The position numbers and the translations under genes are program-made. From IMG/VR virus record IMGVR_UViG_2061766007_000699: 64,000 nucleotides of DNA, one strand, 5' to 3'. Within the stretch, counting starts at the first letter, position 1. The number at the start of each line of letters is the position of its first letter. Of this stretch, positions 27,398 through 38,524 are shown in pieces. The notes beneath the pieces are model-generated. The model did not search any database. It was given only the letters and a program-made list of their open reading frames with translations, and was not told where the DNA came from. The DNA is from an uncultured virus (IMG/VR IMGVR_UViG_2061766007_000699). Taxonomy: Duplodnaviria > Heunggongvirae > Uroviricota > Caudoviricetes.

Positions 27398-29671
27398 TTA
27401 ATACCTCTCAAAGAATCTGTCTGTCTTTCCACATTCGCAATCGGGGACATAGGATTCAGCGAAACTCATGTCATTGGTCTTCAAGTTCATGTAGTCAGTG
27501 CCGAAGATTTGAACAAGATACATCTCATCGCAACGCAATTCCGCTCTAGCTTTGTCCAATCCTTCGGAATACTTTGGCGGAGGGTCAGTGTAGCAATCGG
27601 GCACTTCAACTTCAACTGTGCATGGCGAAGCGATATTGAAGTCAGTATGAGGATTAGTGTCAACGGTTTCAACGCCATATTCAATGTCCAACACGGTAGT
27701 TCCTTGAACATTGGCGGCTCTGATGTAGTCGTTGGACTTCTGTTGTTCATAGTCCGTTTTCGGATAAGATTCGCCTATGGTCATCAGTCTGTAGATGGAT
27801 TCCGTTTTTGTCCCCGTTTTCAAATCGTGGATTTCGGAATGCACATCGTCTCTTCCGCTTGCATCAATTCTGATATAGTTCAAAGACGATTTCAACGGAT
27901 ACCAAACCTCGTCCTGTCTGATTCCGCTTGTTGGTATCTGATGGTCAAGTTCCAAGTTCACTTTGAAATGAGCACTAGTGTTTATGTTGTCCGTATACAA
28001 AGACCAAATCTTTTCGTTTCCGTTGTCTTCGTAATAATATGTCTGAATGCCCTGAACGGTGTATTCATCGTCTTCGTGTCCGAGATTTCTGAGAACTACC
28101 TTGTGAACGGGTTTCCCCTTTTCGTATGGGTTTGATGTGAAGAAAACGCTAGTGTATCCCAAAGAGTAGTCTGCCGTTGGATTGGTGTAGTTCATTGCGA
28201 TACTAGGATTTTCTCTCAATGTGTCAATGGCATTCACATCCACGAAAAGACCGTTGATGTCGGAATATCCTTCGCCATAGTAGTCAACATAATTCGGATA
28301 ATAGATGTTTCCGAAATAGGATTCCGTGTTTTCGTCTACATCCCCATTGATGGATTCTATCAGTCCTAGATGAACATATTTCAGAGTTGTTCCTGATGAA
28401 TAACCCTGTGCCGCAGTTCCGTTGAATATGAACTCATCTCCCGTTCCGCAACTGAATGCGGGGAGAGAAGTTGGCATCGTTTTCTGCAACATCGTATAGT
28501 TGTAGTTGTATTTGACGGTTATGTTGCTAGACGGAACATTGTGATTGTCTTCAACGGAATAATTATGGTAGTATCCTTGGAATCTCAAATATCTTCCGAA
28601 GTTTTGAGCCGTTTGGTGAGCGAAGAAGAGTTTGCTGTAGTCGCTGTTGAATCTGACAGTGCATTCGTCACCGCCTTCGGGATAGATGTTGTTTGTTATC
28701 TGTATTTTGCCCTGTTCCGATTCCAATGTGATGGTCTTGAATATGCACAGATTGTAGTCATCCATTCCGCTGTAGGTATCCTTTTCATACGGCCTGTATT
28801 CTATGTCAACGCCCGTTATAGGCAATATGTAGGACACATTCGTTCCCTCTAGCGTTGTTGACAATTTGTTTGGTTCAGTGTTGTAGTATTTGAGAAAAAA
28901 CGCTCCGTTGACCGAATTGGAATACCATCTCTTCGGTGCAAATTCAAATTTTCCGTATGAATCGTCTGACAGAATTTCGGGCTCAAAGTCCGTAACGGAA
29001 ACATGTTCGGTAGTTGAGCCGCCAAAACTTCCAAGTTGCAATTCGTAGTCACCTTCGTCAATGTGATGTGAACCCCATCTTCCGTTGGAAATGACCGAAT
29101 AGTCTTCGTTGCTTGGCAGAAAATACGAGTTCAAGTGCATACCGCCAAGCCCGTTGTTCTTGGCATGAAGATATTGCATCGTATCGTCAATTATGGGAGC
29201 AATGAGGCCGGGGATGTATTTGACATAACCGCTAGTGGCACTCAAGAGGGGGTAGTCTTTTCCATCTTCTCCCATGAGATAGAACTTCGTGGGGCCGTTT
29301 ACGGAAAGATTGAATGTGAATTTTCCGTTCAACAAGTCTTTCACGATTTTCTGACGATTAATCCTCACGCCCTTTATTGTGGACAGAATGATGAAGATAA
29401 TCATCAACAGAGAAAAGATGATGGTGATGAGTTTGTCAGCGGGGATGTTTGACAGACCGAAGTTCTTTCCCAAGTTCATGTTCACCGAAGGCACGCTGAT
29501 GTCAGGTGCTTCTATTTCAGGAGTGTCAATCTTTTTGTCTTCGGTTTCTATTTCGGAAATTCTAGTGGCGAGAGCACCGAACGAAAGCAGACCCGCAATG
29601 ACACCCGCCGCCCACTTCTCCGCTTCTTCTCTAGTCTCAAACTCGTTATACTTAGAGGAATTTACACTCAT
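27398..29671 (-). CDS. large protein with N-terminal hydrophobic segments, function unknown
   Basis: 757-aa ORF; hydrophobic LITIIFSLLMIIFIILSTI; within the baseplate cluster. Confidence 0.7.
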   Translation of the reverse strand: MSVNSSKYNEFETREEAEKWAAGVIAGLLSFGALATRISEIETEDKKIDTPEIEAPDISVPSVNMNLGKNFGLSNIPADKLITIIFSLLMIIFIILSTIKGVRINRQKIVKDLLNGKFTFNLSVNGPTKFYLMGEDGKDYPLLSATSGYVKYIPGLIAPIIDDTMQYLHAKNNGLGGMHLNSYFLPSNEDYSVISNGRWGSHHIDEGDYELQLGSFGGSTTEHVSVTDFEPEILSDDSYGKFEFAPKRWYSNSVNGAFFLKYYNTEPNKLSTTLEGTNVSYILPITGVDIEYRPYEKDTYSGMDDYNLCIFKTITLESEQGKIQITNNIYPEGGDECTVRFNSDYSKLFFAHQTAQNFGRYLRFQGYYHNYSVEDNHNVPSSNITVKYNYNYTMLQKTMPTSLPAFSCGTGDEFIFNGTAAQGYSSGTTLKYVHLGLIESINGDVDENTESYFGNIYYPNYVDYYGEGYSDINGLFVDVNAIDTLRENPSIAMNYTNPTADYSLGYTSVFFTSNPYEKGKPVHKVVLRNLGHEDDEYTVQGIQTYYYEDNGNEKIWSLYTDNINTSAHFKVNLELDHQIPTSGIRQDEVWYPLKSSLNYIRIDASGRDDVHSEIHDLKTGTKTESIYRLMTIGESYPKTDYEQQKSNDYIRAANVQGTTVLDIEYGVETVDTNPHTDFNIASPCTVEVEVPDCYTDPPPKYSEGLDKARAELRCDEMYLVQIFGTDYMNLKTNDMSFAESYVPDCECGKTDRFFERY

Positions 29672-29675
29672 TATT

Positions 29676-30885
29676 CTACCTCATAGCAGAACTTTCCTGT
29701 AATTCTTGCCCAATGAGATTATCCACGGAGCTAAACGCTCCATCCTTATCCTCAGACAGCAAGCTAACCCCGTGTCCCCCACGGTTATCTATTATATTCA
29801 AACCTTCATCTAAAATGTTCCTAGCCGCATTGACATCCCTATCGTGATGACAATGACAGCTNNNNNNNNNNACAGTCCCATTCTCTGATGCCTAGATTCC
29901 AATTTTCCATCTTATAGCCACAATGGTTACAGGTCTTGCTAGTTGGAGACCATCTGTCTATCACTATAAGTTCTTTTCCATACCATTTGCATTTGTATTC
30001 TAGTTGCCGTCTGATTTCTCCAAAGGAAACATCAGATATAGCACCCGCTAGTTTATGATTTTTAAGCATACCTAAAACATTGAGGTCTTCAATGCAAATA
30101 ACATCATTGTCTCTAACCAAATTTGTAGTCAACTTATGGATGAAGTCTTTTCTCTTGTTGCCTAGTTTTTCATAGGCGATAGCAAGTTTGACACGGGTTT
30201 TTTCCCTGTTCTTACTACCTTTCTTTCGTCTAGAAAGTTGTTTCTGTAACATTCTTATTCTAGCTTGCACTTTCTTGGCGAAATGATTGTTCTTAATCTT
30301 CTGACCGTCAGAAGTGACGATTACATCTTTAAGTCCAAGGTCAACACCTACACATGCGCCTGTGTGTTGAAGTTGCTGAACTTCAACATCACAGCAAATG
30401 GAACAGTAATACTTTCCACTAGAACTTCGTTTGATAGTCAGGTGTCTTATCTTCTTAATGCATGAAAGGTCTTGGTGAGACCTGAACTTGACAACACCAA
30501 CTTTAGAGATAAATATACCGCCTTCTCTAATCACCTTATCTATCTTCTCTGTAGGCATATTTGCACAAGTTGTATAAGACCCCTTCTTAGATTTCTTCTT
30601 AAACTTGGGATGACCTTTCTTAATACCTTTCTTCAGATTCCTAAACCAATTCTTGTATGCTACCTCTGCGTTTTTAGCCGCTTCTTTTATAGCTCTTGAA
30701 TCGCATTCCTCCATCCATGGATATTCTTCTTTGAAAAGCCATGCTTTTGGTGTGAAGGACACACCGTGNNNNNNNNNNNNNNNNNNNNNNNNNNNNNNNN
30801 NNNNNNNNNNNNNNNNNNNGTTGAACATAGTCGCTTGGCCCTTTGATGGGTATAGTCTGATTTCAATGCCTTTCGTAACTATCAT
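29676..30885 (-). mobile_element. tnpB: TnpB (IS200/IS605-family RNA-guided nuclease), copy 1, no adjacent transposase; two N-gaps
   Basis: GVDLG, CIEDL, PTSKTC..CG, and post-gap HDRDVNAARNI; true stop at 29676. Confidence 0.9.
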
Positions 30886-30925
30886 ATTCTATATTTATGC
30901 ATCTCTAAAGAATTTTCATTCCTAC

Positions 30926-31644
30926 TTAGACATCACTTCCTCCAAGACCCATCACACCCGCCATGTTGCCGCCATGTGGAACGCCCGTGAACAGACAGTT
31001 GGGACACACATTGGGTTGCCATACCTGAGTGGTGCCGTCTTTTGACGGTAGCTTGATTTTCTGACCGTATATGCTGACATCGTTGGCCGCATTCATCACG
31101 ATTTCGCCTTCAGAGCGAATCTCCATGTTCTTGGCCGCAAAAATTTTCATGTTGCCGTCTCTGTCTATTCGGATGAAAGACCCTGACGAATGCTGTAGCT
31201 CCATGCTCTTTGAAGTCCTGTTGATTCTGAAGTAGTCTCCGTTGTCCGTTTCAAATAGCACCATCGTGTTGGGGTAGTCTTCCTCAATGTCTGACACCAT
31301 GTTCTTCACCGAACTAGGAGTGAGGACTTTAGTGGTGTATTTCGGTAGGTAGATGTCTCCGCAATCAAAGTAGACATTGACTATGGAATCAACAGGAGGA
31401 ACAGTGAACGAGCCGATTGTAGACCCTATGAANNNNNNNNNNNNNNNNNNNGCAAATTCTCAGTTGGAATGCCGTCAAACACACCGAAGACCATTATTCT
31501 GCACCGACCGATTTTTTCGGGGTCATTGTTGTCAACGATTTTGCCGGGGTAGAATTGGTGTTTTTCTTCGTTGACTGATTTCCTAGTGACCGCTTCCTTG
31601 AGAACAGAAGCGAAGTCTAGCCCCATTGACTCTTGAACTTCCAT
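30926..31644 (-). CDS. baseplate central spike, gp5/gpV-like OB-fold, no lysozyme domain (split by an N-gap)
   Basis: GKIVDNNDPEKIGRCRI, VPPVDSIVNVYF, beta repeats HSSGSFIRID, terminal CPNCLFTGVPH. Confidence 0.8.
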
Positions 31645-31691
31645 TGTTATGCGACCTCAATGTCGTTTTTAACTCTGTATTATTTAGTTGG

Positions 31692-31720
31692 AAAAGGGAG
31701 AGACTTTCGCCTCTCCCTTT
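31692..31720 (-). terminator. intrinsic terminator followed by CTAAATA promoter (31681)
   Basis: aaagggag...ctcccttt inverted repeat. Confidence 0.65.
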
Positions 31721-31737
31721 GATTTCAATCTTCCGAA

Positions 31738-32772
31738 TTAGTGAAACCGTTTCTTGGAGAAAGGACTGCGCATCTTGCGAGATTCCTGTAGCTTGTGATT
31801 TCTGCGTGCCTGCCTGACGGCTTCCTTCATCATGCGGCTCTTACGGGCTTTGGAATGATTGAAGGATTCATCACAGTTGTATCGTGGGCCCTTTATACCA
31901 CGCTTGGTAGGAGCATACTTTTCGCTAAGCCGTCTAAAATGACGGGGCTTGCGACCTTCGTGGAGCATTAGCTTGTGAGAAGGCTTGCGTGATTCATCAA
32001 CATAGTCAAACCGCTTAAAGGTAACTATATCCATGAATGCGGGGGCTTCAACAATAAAGTTTTCTATAATTCTTCCGTTGACTCTTTTTTTATCTGAAAA
32101 AACAAAACCTTGGATTCCTCGCCGTCTTAATGTTGAGCGAGCATCCGCCAATGAAGGTTGGTTTAGCCATGATAAGTATGATTTCCCAATAGCTGACTTA
32201 GCTTTTGTAGCTATGAAATCTGCTGACACATCCACATTTCCATTTTCATCATATTGTATAATTTCATAGCTTGTATCATACTTAATTTGGTCATCATCAT
32301 GATTATATGGAAAGGTCAACAAAGTTAGTCTAGTTTTGGCGGGTTTTTTGTGTTCAAAGTATATGTCTCTTATAACACTCACACAATCATTATGACCGTG
32401 TTTATCCCTAACTTTACAAAATTTACCAACCACAAATCCTTCAGGACTTTCAGCCATTTCAGTTAGCATTGCGGAATCGGTTTCCTTTGATTCACCGAAA
32501 TCAATTTCATCGGCAACTTCAACATCTTCTTCATCATAGAATCTACGCTTGGGTCTGTCTTCAAAGTCTAGTTCAGCTTCCTCTTCTTCGTCTTCGGAAC
32601 CAAAGTCAATGTCCTCTTCTTCCTCTTCATCGCTGAGATACGCTTCAGCGATTTTGAGGGTTTCTTCGTCTAGAATCATGTCATCGTCAAGGTCACTGAT
32701 GATTTCTTCTTCGTCATCGGAGCCTAGCAAGAGGTCATCCTGTAGCTCGTCCTTGTCAAATTCCTTTTCCAT
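31738..32772 (-). CDS. modular protein: acidic N-terminus, AT-rich central module, basic ES/LxE repeats
   Basis: DESRKPSHKLMLHEGRKPRHFRRLSE...RMMKEA...LQESRKMRSPF. Confidence 0.7.
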   Translation of the reverse strand: MEKEFDKDELQDDLLLGSDDEEEIISDLDDDMILDEETLKIAEAYLSDEEEEEDIDFGSEDEEEEAELDFEDRPKRRFYDEEDVEVADEIDFGESKETDSAMLTEMAESPEGFVVGKFCKVRDKHGHNDCVSVIRDIYFEHKKPAKTRLTLLTFPYNHDDDQIKYDTSYEIIQYDENGNVDVSADFIATKAKSAIGKSYLSWLNQPSLADARSTLRRRGIQGFVFSDKKRVNGRIIENFIVEAPAFMDIVTFKRFDYVDESRKPSHKLMLHEGRKPRHFRRLSEKYAPTKRGIKGPRYNCDESFNHSKARKSRMMKEAVRQARRNHKLQESRKMRSPFSKKRFH

Positions 32773-32808
32773 GTGATGTTCCTTTGTGTTTGATTGTTGA
32801 ACTCTATG

Positions 32809-33102
32809 TTATCGTCTGTGGAATCTGCGCATACGAGATTCACGGAGAGTGCGGCCACGGAGCTTGCGAGATTCTTTAATATCTTCATCTTCAATTTCCT
32901 TCAAAAACTCTTCAAGTTCTTCAAGTTCACCGTCAGCTTTTGACCCCTCAAGGCTATTCATATATCCCCACCACAAATCTACAATACTGTCATACCCGTC
33001 AATCCAATCCATATAAATGCTATCATGAGTTTCAGACAACTTGTCCATTTTGTTTGACAGATAATTCCATTTCTTCTTCTGTTCTGCGTTCATGCTCACC
33101 AT
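32809..33102 (-). CDS. small protein ending in the ES..RGRTLRES linker
   Basis: IKESRKLRGRTLRESRMRRFHRR; conserved leader at 33103-33144. Confidence 0.7.
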   Translation of the reverse strand: MVSMNAEQKKKWNYLSNKMDKLSETHDSIYMDWIDGYDSIVDLWWGYMNSLEGSKADGELEELEEFLKEIEDEDIKESRKLRGRTLRESRMRRFHRR

Positions 33103-33140
33103 CCTTTTTGAGCGACATTGCCCAAACTTTCTATACCTAT

Positions 33141-34427
33141 TTAGTTGCGCACCAAGTCATCCATAGAGCCTTTGGTCTCAGACTCGTTGTAGCCGTCTCT
33201 GAAACAAAGATACACCTCATTCATGGCATCTCTGTTCAAGGCCAAGATAATGCCCCCAATCACATAGTTTCCACCTTCATTCAGCGGTTTCATAGCCCTT
33301 TTCCCCGTCCCCTGTATGTCCACATTGACCTTGGAAAGCAAACCGAAATTCTGAAAGGTGCTCACGCTTGCGCCATAGACTACCAAGCATTCGGAGAAAA
33401 TGCGATTCAAAATCATGGTATTCTTGACAGTAGACCTGAAGTAATTGTCATGGATGGAATAGAGGTCAGAGGCGAAAGTGTAGGTTTTCGTCACATCCCC
33501 ATTCTGATTCTTGTTGATGTTGCTGTAAAGAGAAAGCGTGGTCTTTGGAATGTTGCTGAAAGTTTCCTTTTCCAATTTGCCTGTATCGTTGGAAAACCAA
33601 GTCATCGTTGAGGTGTATCCGCCTTCCATGGCGTTCATGAATCCTGAAAAATCCTTGAACTCGTAGTTGTAGTAGGGCACCACAATGTCCGAATGCGACT
33701 CGCCTGTCCCTATCATCCCCGAATCCACGGAAACAGGAGCCACAGTCCCCGTCAGGTCAAAGACCATTGATATGCGGTTTTGCGACACAATGTTCTCGTA
33801 TATGCCCTTGTAGTTCAGCCGCCCTTCAAAGTCCACGAAACACACAGGACAGTCCTTCTCCGAAATCCACGAATGTTTCACGGTGTTGGTGATGTAGTCC
33901 ATGAATGTCATGTTCAGACAGCACCAATTCATTCGGTCATGTGAATCGGTCACGAATATCTTATCCGAACTGAAACCGCACCTCTTTCCTATTTCCTTCA
34001 CGGTGTCGGAGAAGTTGACCTTTCCGAAAGCGACCGATTTGAGCCCCGAAAACAGACTGACATTGTTGTAGATGGCCTTCAGGTCTATCACATTCAGACC
34101 GCCTGACTTTGAGTCAATGGATTTCTTCTCAAAGCTGACAATGGAGAACGGAACATCGGAAACCGTCTTCTTCGTTTCGCCTGATTTCCGTATAGTCACC
34201 TTGATTTCCTGACCGCAAAACAGAGGGGTGACCACATCAAACTGACCATTGTCTATGATGGTCATGGAGAGTGTTGGCAGAAACTCAAAGACCGTCTCTC
34301 TGATGTAGAAGGAAATGATGTTGTTGGGGTTTACGATTTCGTCATTGATAGTAACCACAGCCGTGAAGTTCTTTTCACCTGTGCTTTGAACGGGCTTGTT
34401 TTGAGCTAGACTTTTCTCGCTACCCAT
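33141..34427 (-). CDS. baseplate hub protein (gp27-like)
   Basis: size and position between gp53-like and gp5-like genes; GNYVIGGI near the C-terminus. Confidence 0.55.
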   Translation of the reverse strand: MGSEKSLAQNKPVQSTGEKNFTAVVTINDEIVNPNNIISFYIRETVFEFLPTLSMTIIDNGQFDVVTPLFCGQEIKVTIRKSGETKKTVSDVPFSIVSFEKKSIDSKSGGLNVIDLKAIYNNVSLFSGLKSVAFGKVNFSDTVKEIGKRCGFSSDKIFVTDSHDRMNWCCLNMTFMDYITNTVKHSWISEKDCPVCFVDFEGRLNYKGIYENIVSQNRISMVFDLTGTVAPVSVDSGMIGTGESHSDIVVPYYNYEFKDFSGFMNAMEGGYTSTMTWFSNDTGKLEKETFSNIPKTTLSLYSNINKNQNGDVTKTYTFASDLYSIHDNYFRSTVKNTMILNRIFSECLVVYGASVSTFQNFGLLSKVNVDIQGTGKRAMKPLNEGGNYVIGGIILALNRDAMNEVYLCFRDGYNESETKGSMDDLVRN

Positions 34428-34732
34428 TAGTATACCTTGTATTGGTCAAGATAGGACTGAATCACAGTCGCATCGGGGATTAGGATTTCCTGTCCGCCCC
34501 ATAGCTCGTTCCAAGGGTCATCAATCTTGTTGAACTTCAGCAATACCCACCACAGGGATGAATCGCCCAATAGCCTCTTGGACAGGAGGTCAGGTCTACC
34601 CACTTCCACACCCATCACGATAGCCCTAGCCGCAATGGATGGCCAATACGCTCTGTCCGTATCGTTGGTGAGCAAGTCTCTGTCGCCAACTTCGGAGTCT
34701 ATGGAAATGTAATCGTCTCTGTTTGCCATCAA
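34427..34732 (-). CDS. gp53: baseplate wedge protein, gp53-like (LysM-like)
   Basis: GRPDLLSKRLLGDSSLWWVLLKFNKIDDPWNEL..GQEILIP. Confidence 0.8.
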   Translation of the reverse strand: MMANRDDYISIDSEVGDRDLLTNDTDRAYWPSIAARAIVMGVEVGRPDLLSKRLLGDSSLWWVLLKFNKIDDPWNELWGGQEILIPDATVIQSYLDQYKVY

Positions 34733-35803
34733 TTAATCTCCCATGTCATATAACACGGGTGTCTGTTGAGTTTCATCATATTTCTTCTTAATAAGATTTG
34801 AAACCCTCTTTCTGTCCTCGGTCTCATCATTGAACTTCGGTTGTTCTTCTCTTTCAGTCTCTGTATCGTCAATGTTCATCATAACGACATAATTGCCTAC
34901 ACCATCAGCCTTGAACCATTCAATCACATCACCCCTAGTAGGCTCAATGACAGGCGAGAGATTGATGGAGTAGTCAATATAAATGGGCATTGTGAACGAA
35001 TCCACTTCGTTGATGAAATGCCGTCTTTCTCTAGAGAATGTTGCGTTGAAACTGTTTAGCACCAAGTTTTTCAGTCTGACTAGATTGCCAACTTCCACAA
35101 TGAAAGTTTTGTCCAAACCATTCATTGCGCTGAAGTAATCCGCTATGCTAAAGTCTTCCGTATTCCTTGAACGCATCCATTCGCCAACAACATTTGAATT
35201 GTCTTCAGCGTTGAGATTTCCCCATAGATTTCTGAATACCTGTGCTATGTTCCCCGCTGTCCCCGTAGCCAAGTTCGCAAAATAACCCAAAACACCTGTG
35301 TTGTCGGCCTGATTCTTAATTCGGTCAATGAGAACTTTCCTAGTCGCTTCATCCATCTTTGGATATGTTGCGGCCACGAAGAACATGAATGGCATAATGG
35401 AGTTGTATGTTCCGTTTTCAAAAACTCTGAAATCAAAAGAGAAATCGTTTGTCTTTGAGCCCTGATACACCTTTGCGTGCTGAAGATTTCCTGACCTAGA
35501 CACATGGTCATAGCCCATGGTTCTTTCCGATTCTTTGATACCCGCCGCTACTCTCTTCGCACCTGAGCCCCCGTTGAAACTGCCAAACTCTGTATACTGA
35601 GCCGTTGCGCTGAAATTGAACGGTTTTGTTAGAGGAGCCTTATCAATAACCGTAGTGAGATTTGAGAACATACCTGTGAAATTGCCATACATCGTCTTTA
35701 TGGTAATCCAATCCTCATTGCCTTTTGCATCACCAACACCGTGGGCGGTGTAGTATTCAGGCCCGTTGAACGGTGTGTTTTTTGCTACTTGTATTCGGCT
35801 CAT
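34733..35803 (-). CDS. tail tube initiator / baseplate cap, gp48-like
   Basis: YQGSKTNDFSFDF and PIYIDYSINL; position upstream of gp53. Confidence 0.55.
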   Translation of the reverse strand: MSRIQVAKNTPFNGPEYYTAHGVGDAKGNEDWITIKTMYGNFTGMFSNLTTVIDKAPLTKPFNFSATAQYTEFGSFNGGSGAKRVAAGIKESERTMGYDHVSRSGNLQHAKVYQGSKTNDFSFDFRVFENGTYNSIMPFMFFVAATYPKMDEATRKVLIDRIKNQADNTGVLGYFANLATGTAGNIAQVFRNLWGNLNAEDNSNVVGEWMRSRNTEDFSIADYFSAMNGLDKTFIVEVGNLVRLKNLVLNSFNATFSRERRHFINEVDSFTMPIYIDYSINLSPVIEPTRGDVIEWFKADGVGNYVVMMNIDDTETEREEQPKFNDETEDRKRVSNLIKKKYDETQQTPVLYDMGD

Positions 35804-37005
35804 TCGTGATATGCCCTCAACGCATCTCTAAACACTTTGCCAAACGAAGGAATGAATACCTTGCTGAAAAACATCTCGCATTCCTTCAGTTTGACTTCAC
35901 TCATATTTAGTCTAGTTGCCGCCAAATTAACTGCTTCCAATACCTTTTTCGCTCCTGTTTCGTTCAAGGGCATTACCAACACATTTCCGAAAGCACCGCC
36001 TTCTTCCATCTTGAAGTCTCCCATCGTGGTGTCCAAGATGGATGTGGCCAAGTTCATTTCGTCAATGTATCGTGTAATCAGAGAGTCCGCATAGGGATTG
36101 TTCTTCACCATGCTCATTCGCTTGTTGTAGACAGCGGAAATGAAGTCAGAGGCGTTCATCCCTTCCTTGTAGACCGAATTGAACATCCGCTTGGCCTTGG
36201 CGGGGCCGTGGTTTACCGAAGCAGACCAAAGCATAGAGCCAAGCAGAGGGGTCTTGACCACGATTTCGTTCAGCGGAGGTGTAAGACCCTTTAGAGAGGC
36301 ATCGTAATACTTATGCTTGACGAAATCCTTTTCCAACTGCTCCAACTTGCCTTGAGCGGCCAATCGTCTCCATACCTTTGGTGCTTGACCTGAAGTTGAC
36401 CCCGTGTTGAAATCACCCGCACTTCTCAAAGCGTTTGCGACTTCCTTTCCGTAACCTTCCTGTTTAGCCGCCCACTTGACAAACTCATCCATAGTTCCTT
36501 GCTTGGAGGCTAACTGATATTTGCCGTATGAGGTGCCGCCTGTTGTATCGTAACCGATTGCCGCTGACCCTTTCGTTGAAGCCTCGTATTTCTCCGACAG
36601 AATTCCTAAATCCCCTTGCCACAAGTTCTTCTCAATCTCTGCTGTTTCTTCAGGAGTTTCCGCCTTGGGCTCTTCAAAATATCCTAGTTCCTCTTCATCG
36701 CTGATGAAAGAGGAAATTATCGCTGTGGTCAAAGTTGCCGCCATCCCTGTCAACATGGCCAATGCACCCTTGTTCTTCTTCACAATGCCTGACATCGTGT
36801 TGGAATTGCTGTTGATGATGTCCGTGGATTGATTCAACATTCCATCCATAGTCTTATCGTCAGCGTTGTTCTTTGTGAAAGCCGTCCTGATTATGCTGTC
36901 AATGTCATTCTTGATTTTGGCCAATTTCTTGTTTATGCTGACATAGACTTCAATGACAGCCAACTCAACTGTAACGATACCATCTTTCTGCGTAACCTTA
37001 GCCAT
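35800..37005 (-). CDS. tail-associated protein with lysozyme-like muramidase domain
   Basis: LSEKYEAS...GYDTTGGTSYGKYQL and WSASVNHG, as in VgrG3-type muramidase domains. Confidence 0.7.
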   Translation of the reverse strand: MAKVTQKDGIVTVELAVIEVYVSINKKLAKIKNDIDSIIRTAFTKNNADDKTMDGMLNQSTDIINSNSNTMSGIVKKNKGALAMLTGMAATLTTAIISSFISDEEELGYFEEPKAETPEETAEIEKNLWQGDLGILSEKYEASTKGSAAIGYDTTGGTSYGKYQLASKQGTMDEFVKWAAKQEGYGKEVANALRSAGDFNTGSTSGQAPKVWRRLAAQGKLEQLEKDFVKHKYYDASLKGLTPPLNEIVVKTPLLGSMLWSASVNHGPAKAKRMFNSVYKEGMNASDFISAVYNKRMSMVKNNPYADSLITRYIDEMNLATSILDTTMGDFKMEEGGAFGNVLVMPLNETGAKKVLEAVNLAATRLNMSEVKLKECEMFFSKVFIPSFGKVFRDALRAYHE

Positions 37006-38521
37006 CGTATCGTTCCCCGGCCTTCAATGTCTCAATCATGTTCCTGTAGTTGGGCATGAACTTCTCTTCCATGAATTTCTCGTATAGTTTGGAGTCTGAG
37101 ACATAGATGTTCCTTCTAGCCTGTTCTATGGCACCAAGCATATATCGCACACCATCGTCATCCAACTGTATCACCGCTTCAGGCCCCGCTTCACCCGCAA
37201 TCACATTGGAGTAATCGCCATATCCTTCGGTGTCAAACATACCGCCCGTTGCCAAAAATTCCGCATCCATCCCTATGTCAATCGGAGAAGGTGTTAGCCA
37301 TTTTCTAGTTGAAGCCTTCCCTCCATCATTGGCCGTTTGTTTGTCCAACAGCGCAAGAGCGGGTATGTGCTCCATGTGCCAAGTTTCGGGGAGAACATTT
37401 CCGTTTTTGTCCTTGTAGTTGACACCTTCTCTGTGGCCGAAGTTGAATGTCCTGTAGATGTATTCGGGGAGACTAAAAGAGTTCATGTCAACGGCAATCC
37501 CTAGTTGGTGTCTAGAAATGCCTTTGTTTGGATTGACTGCTTTCGTTGGAGCATTCAGGTGCTCTTCCATTTGGTCTTGATAGGAGCGGTAAGTGGAATT
37601 GACTTGGAGTCTTTCGTTTGAAGCGAAACCTCCATGGAACGACCTGTTCAATGCGTTGTATAAGCCGATTCTGANNNNNNNNNNACGGTAAGTGGAATTG
37701 ACTTGGAGTCTTTCGTTTGGAGAGAAACCTCCATGGAACGACCTGTTCAATGCGTTGTATAAGCCGATTCTGAACAAGTCATCTCTTGCGCCTTCAGCCA
37801 TCGTCAGGACATTCTGAGCCCGTTTGTCATTGAATGCGAACAGCCCCGCCCAATTCTCAAAGTTGGAGCTGTATTTGTCCACATCCAAGTTCTTCACAAA
37901 CTCTAGGAGACTTTCGTATGGCTCAATCAGCGCATACAGTTCCTTCGGTGTCAATTCGTTGATGTCCTTCTTAGTGGCATCCTTCAGAATGTTCAGAGCC
38001 GTGTTGCCGCCTGTGGAGAAATTCTGTCCGCTTGATTTCTTCTTCTCGTGGTCTTTGTCTGTCATTGAGAGGAGTTCGGAGACATCGCCCTTGTATTCCT
38101 CCGCTTCAACTTCCTCGTAGACATTTTGCCAATCCCCATAGGTGTCGTTTTCGTTGACGAGACCCGTGTCAATGGCATCGTCCACATTCGGTATTTCCTC
38201 GTTTTCAATGTAGTCAATGATGTCAGAAGCACACCCCGCAAGCAGACCTACACCCGCAACAGCCGCCCCAACTAGACTTCCGAAAATCCGCTTGAGCATT
38301 CCCTGTTGTTTCAGAAGATTGGAGGCATCAATGATGATGTCCTCGTTGTTGTCCATCAGTTCGCCTTTGCGTTTTCTGACTTCATAGGTCTTCATGTTGA
38401 AGCTAGTGTTGGTCATGTCATACATTGACTTCAGCATTTCGCCAATGACGAAGCATGACTTCTTCTTCAAAGAAGTGATATAACTATCTGTCTCTATTAT
38501 TCTGAACTTGCTGTCAGCCAT
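36998..38521 (-). CDS. tail-associated protein with M15/VanY-like peptidase domain
   Basis: NSTYRSYQDQ, SRHQLGIAVD, ETWHMEH; ATGG...AGEAGPEAVI tape-measure motif; internal duplication at an N-gap. Confidence 0.72.
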   Translation of the reverse strand: MADSKFRIIETDSYITSLKKKSCFVIGEMLKSMYDMTNTSFNMKTYEVRKRKGELMDNNEDIIIDASNLLKQQGMLKRIFGSLVGAAVAGVGLLAGCASDIIDYIENEEIPNVDDAIDTGLVNENDTYGDWQNVYEEVEAEEYKGDVSELLSMTDKDHEKKKSSGQNFSTGGNTALNILKDATKKDINELTPKELYALIEPYESLLEFVKNLDVDKYSSNFENWAGLFAFNDKRAQNVLTMAEGARDDLFRIGLYNALNRSFHGGFSPNERLQVNSTYRXXXXRIGLYNALNRSFHGGFASNERLQVNSTYRSYQDQMEEHLNAPTKAVNPNKGISRHQLGIAVDMNSFSLPEYIYRTFNFGHREGVNYKDKNGNVLPETWHMEHIPALALLDKQTANDGGKASTRKWLTPSPIDIGMDAEFLATGGMFDTEGYGDYSNVIAGEAGPEAVIQLDDDGVRYMLGAIEQARRNIYVSDSKLYEKFMEEKFMPNYRNMIETLKAGERYDG

Positions 38522-38524
38522 GCG

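Noticed and set aside
18252..31451. Apparent frameshifts or pseudogenes at 18.3, 21.3, 26.8, 29.9 and 31.4 kb
   Set aside because: Each break coincides with an N-run of arbitrary length and the flanking frames continue sensibly.
37587..37773. Tandem duplication inside the M15 peptidase gene
   Set aside because: The copies flank an N-gap and are near-identical; most likely a scaffolding overlap of strain variants.
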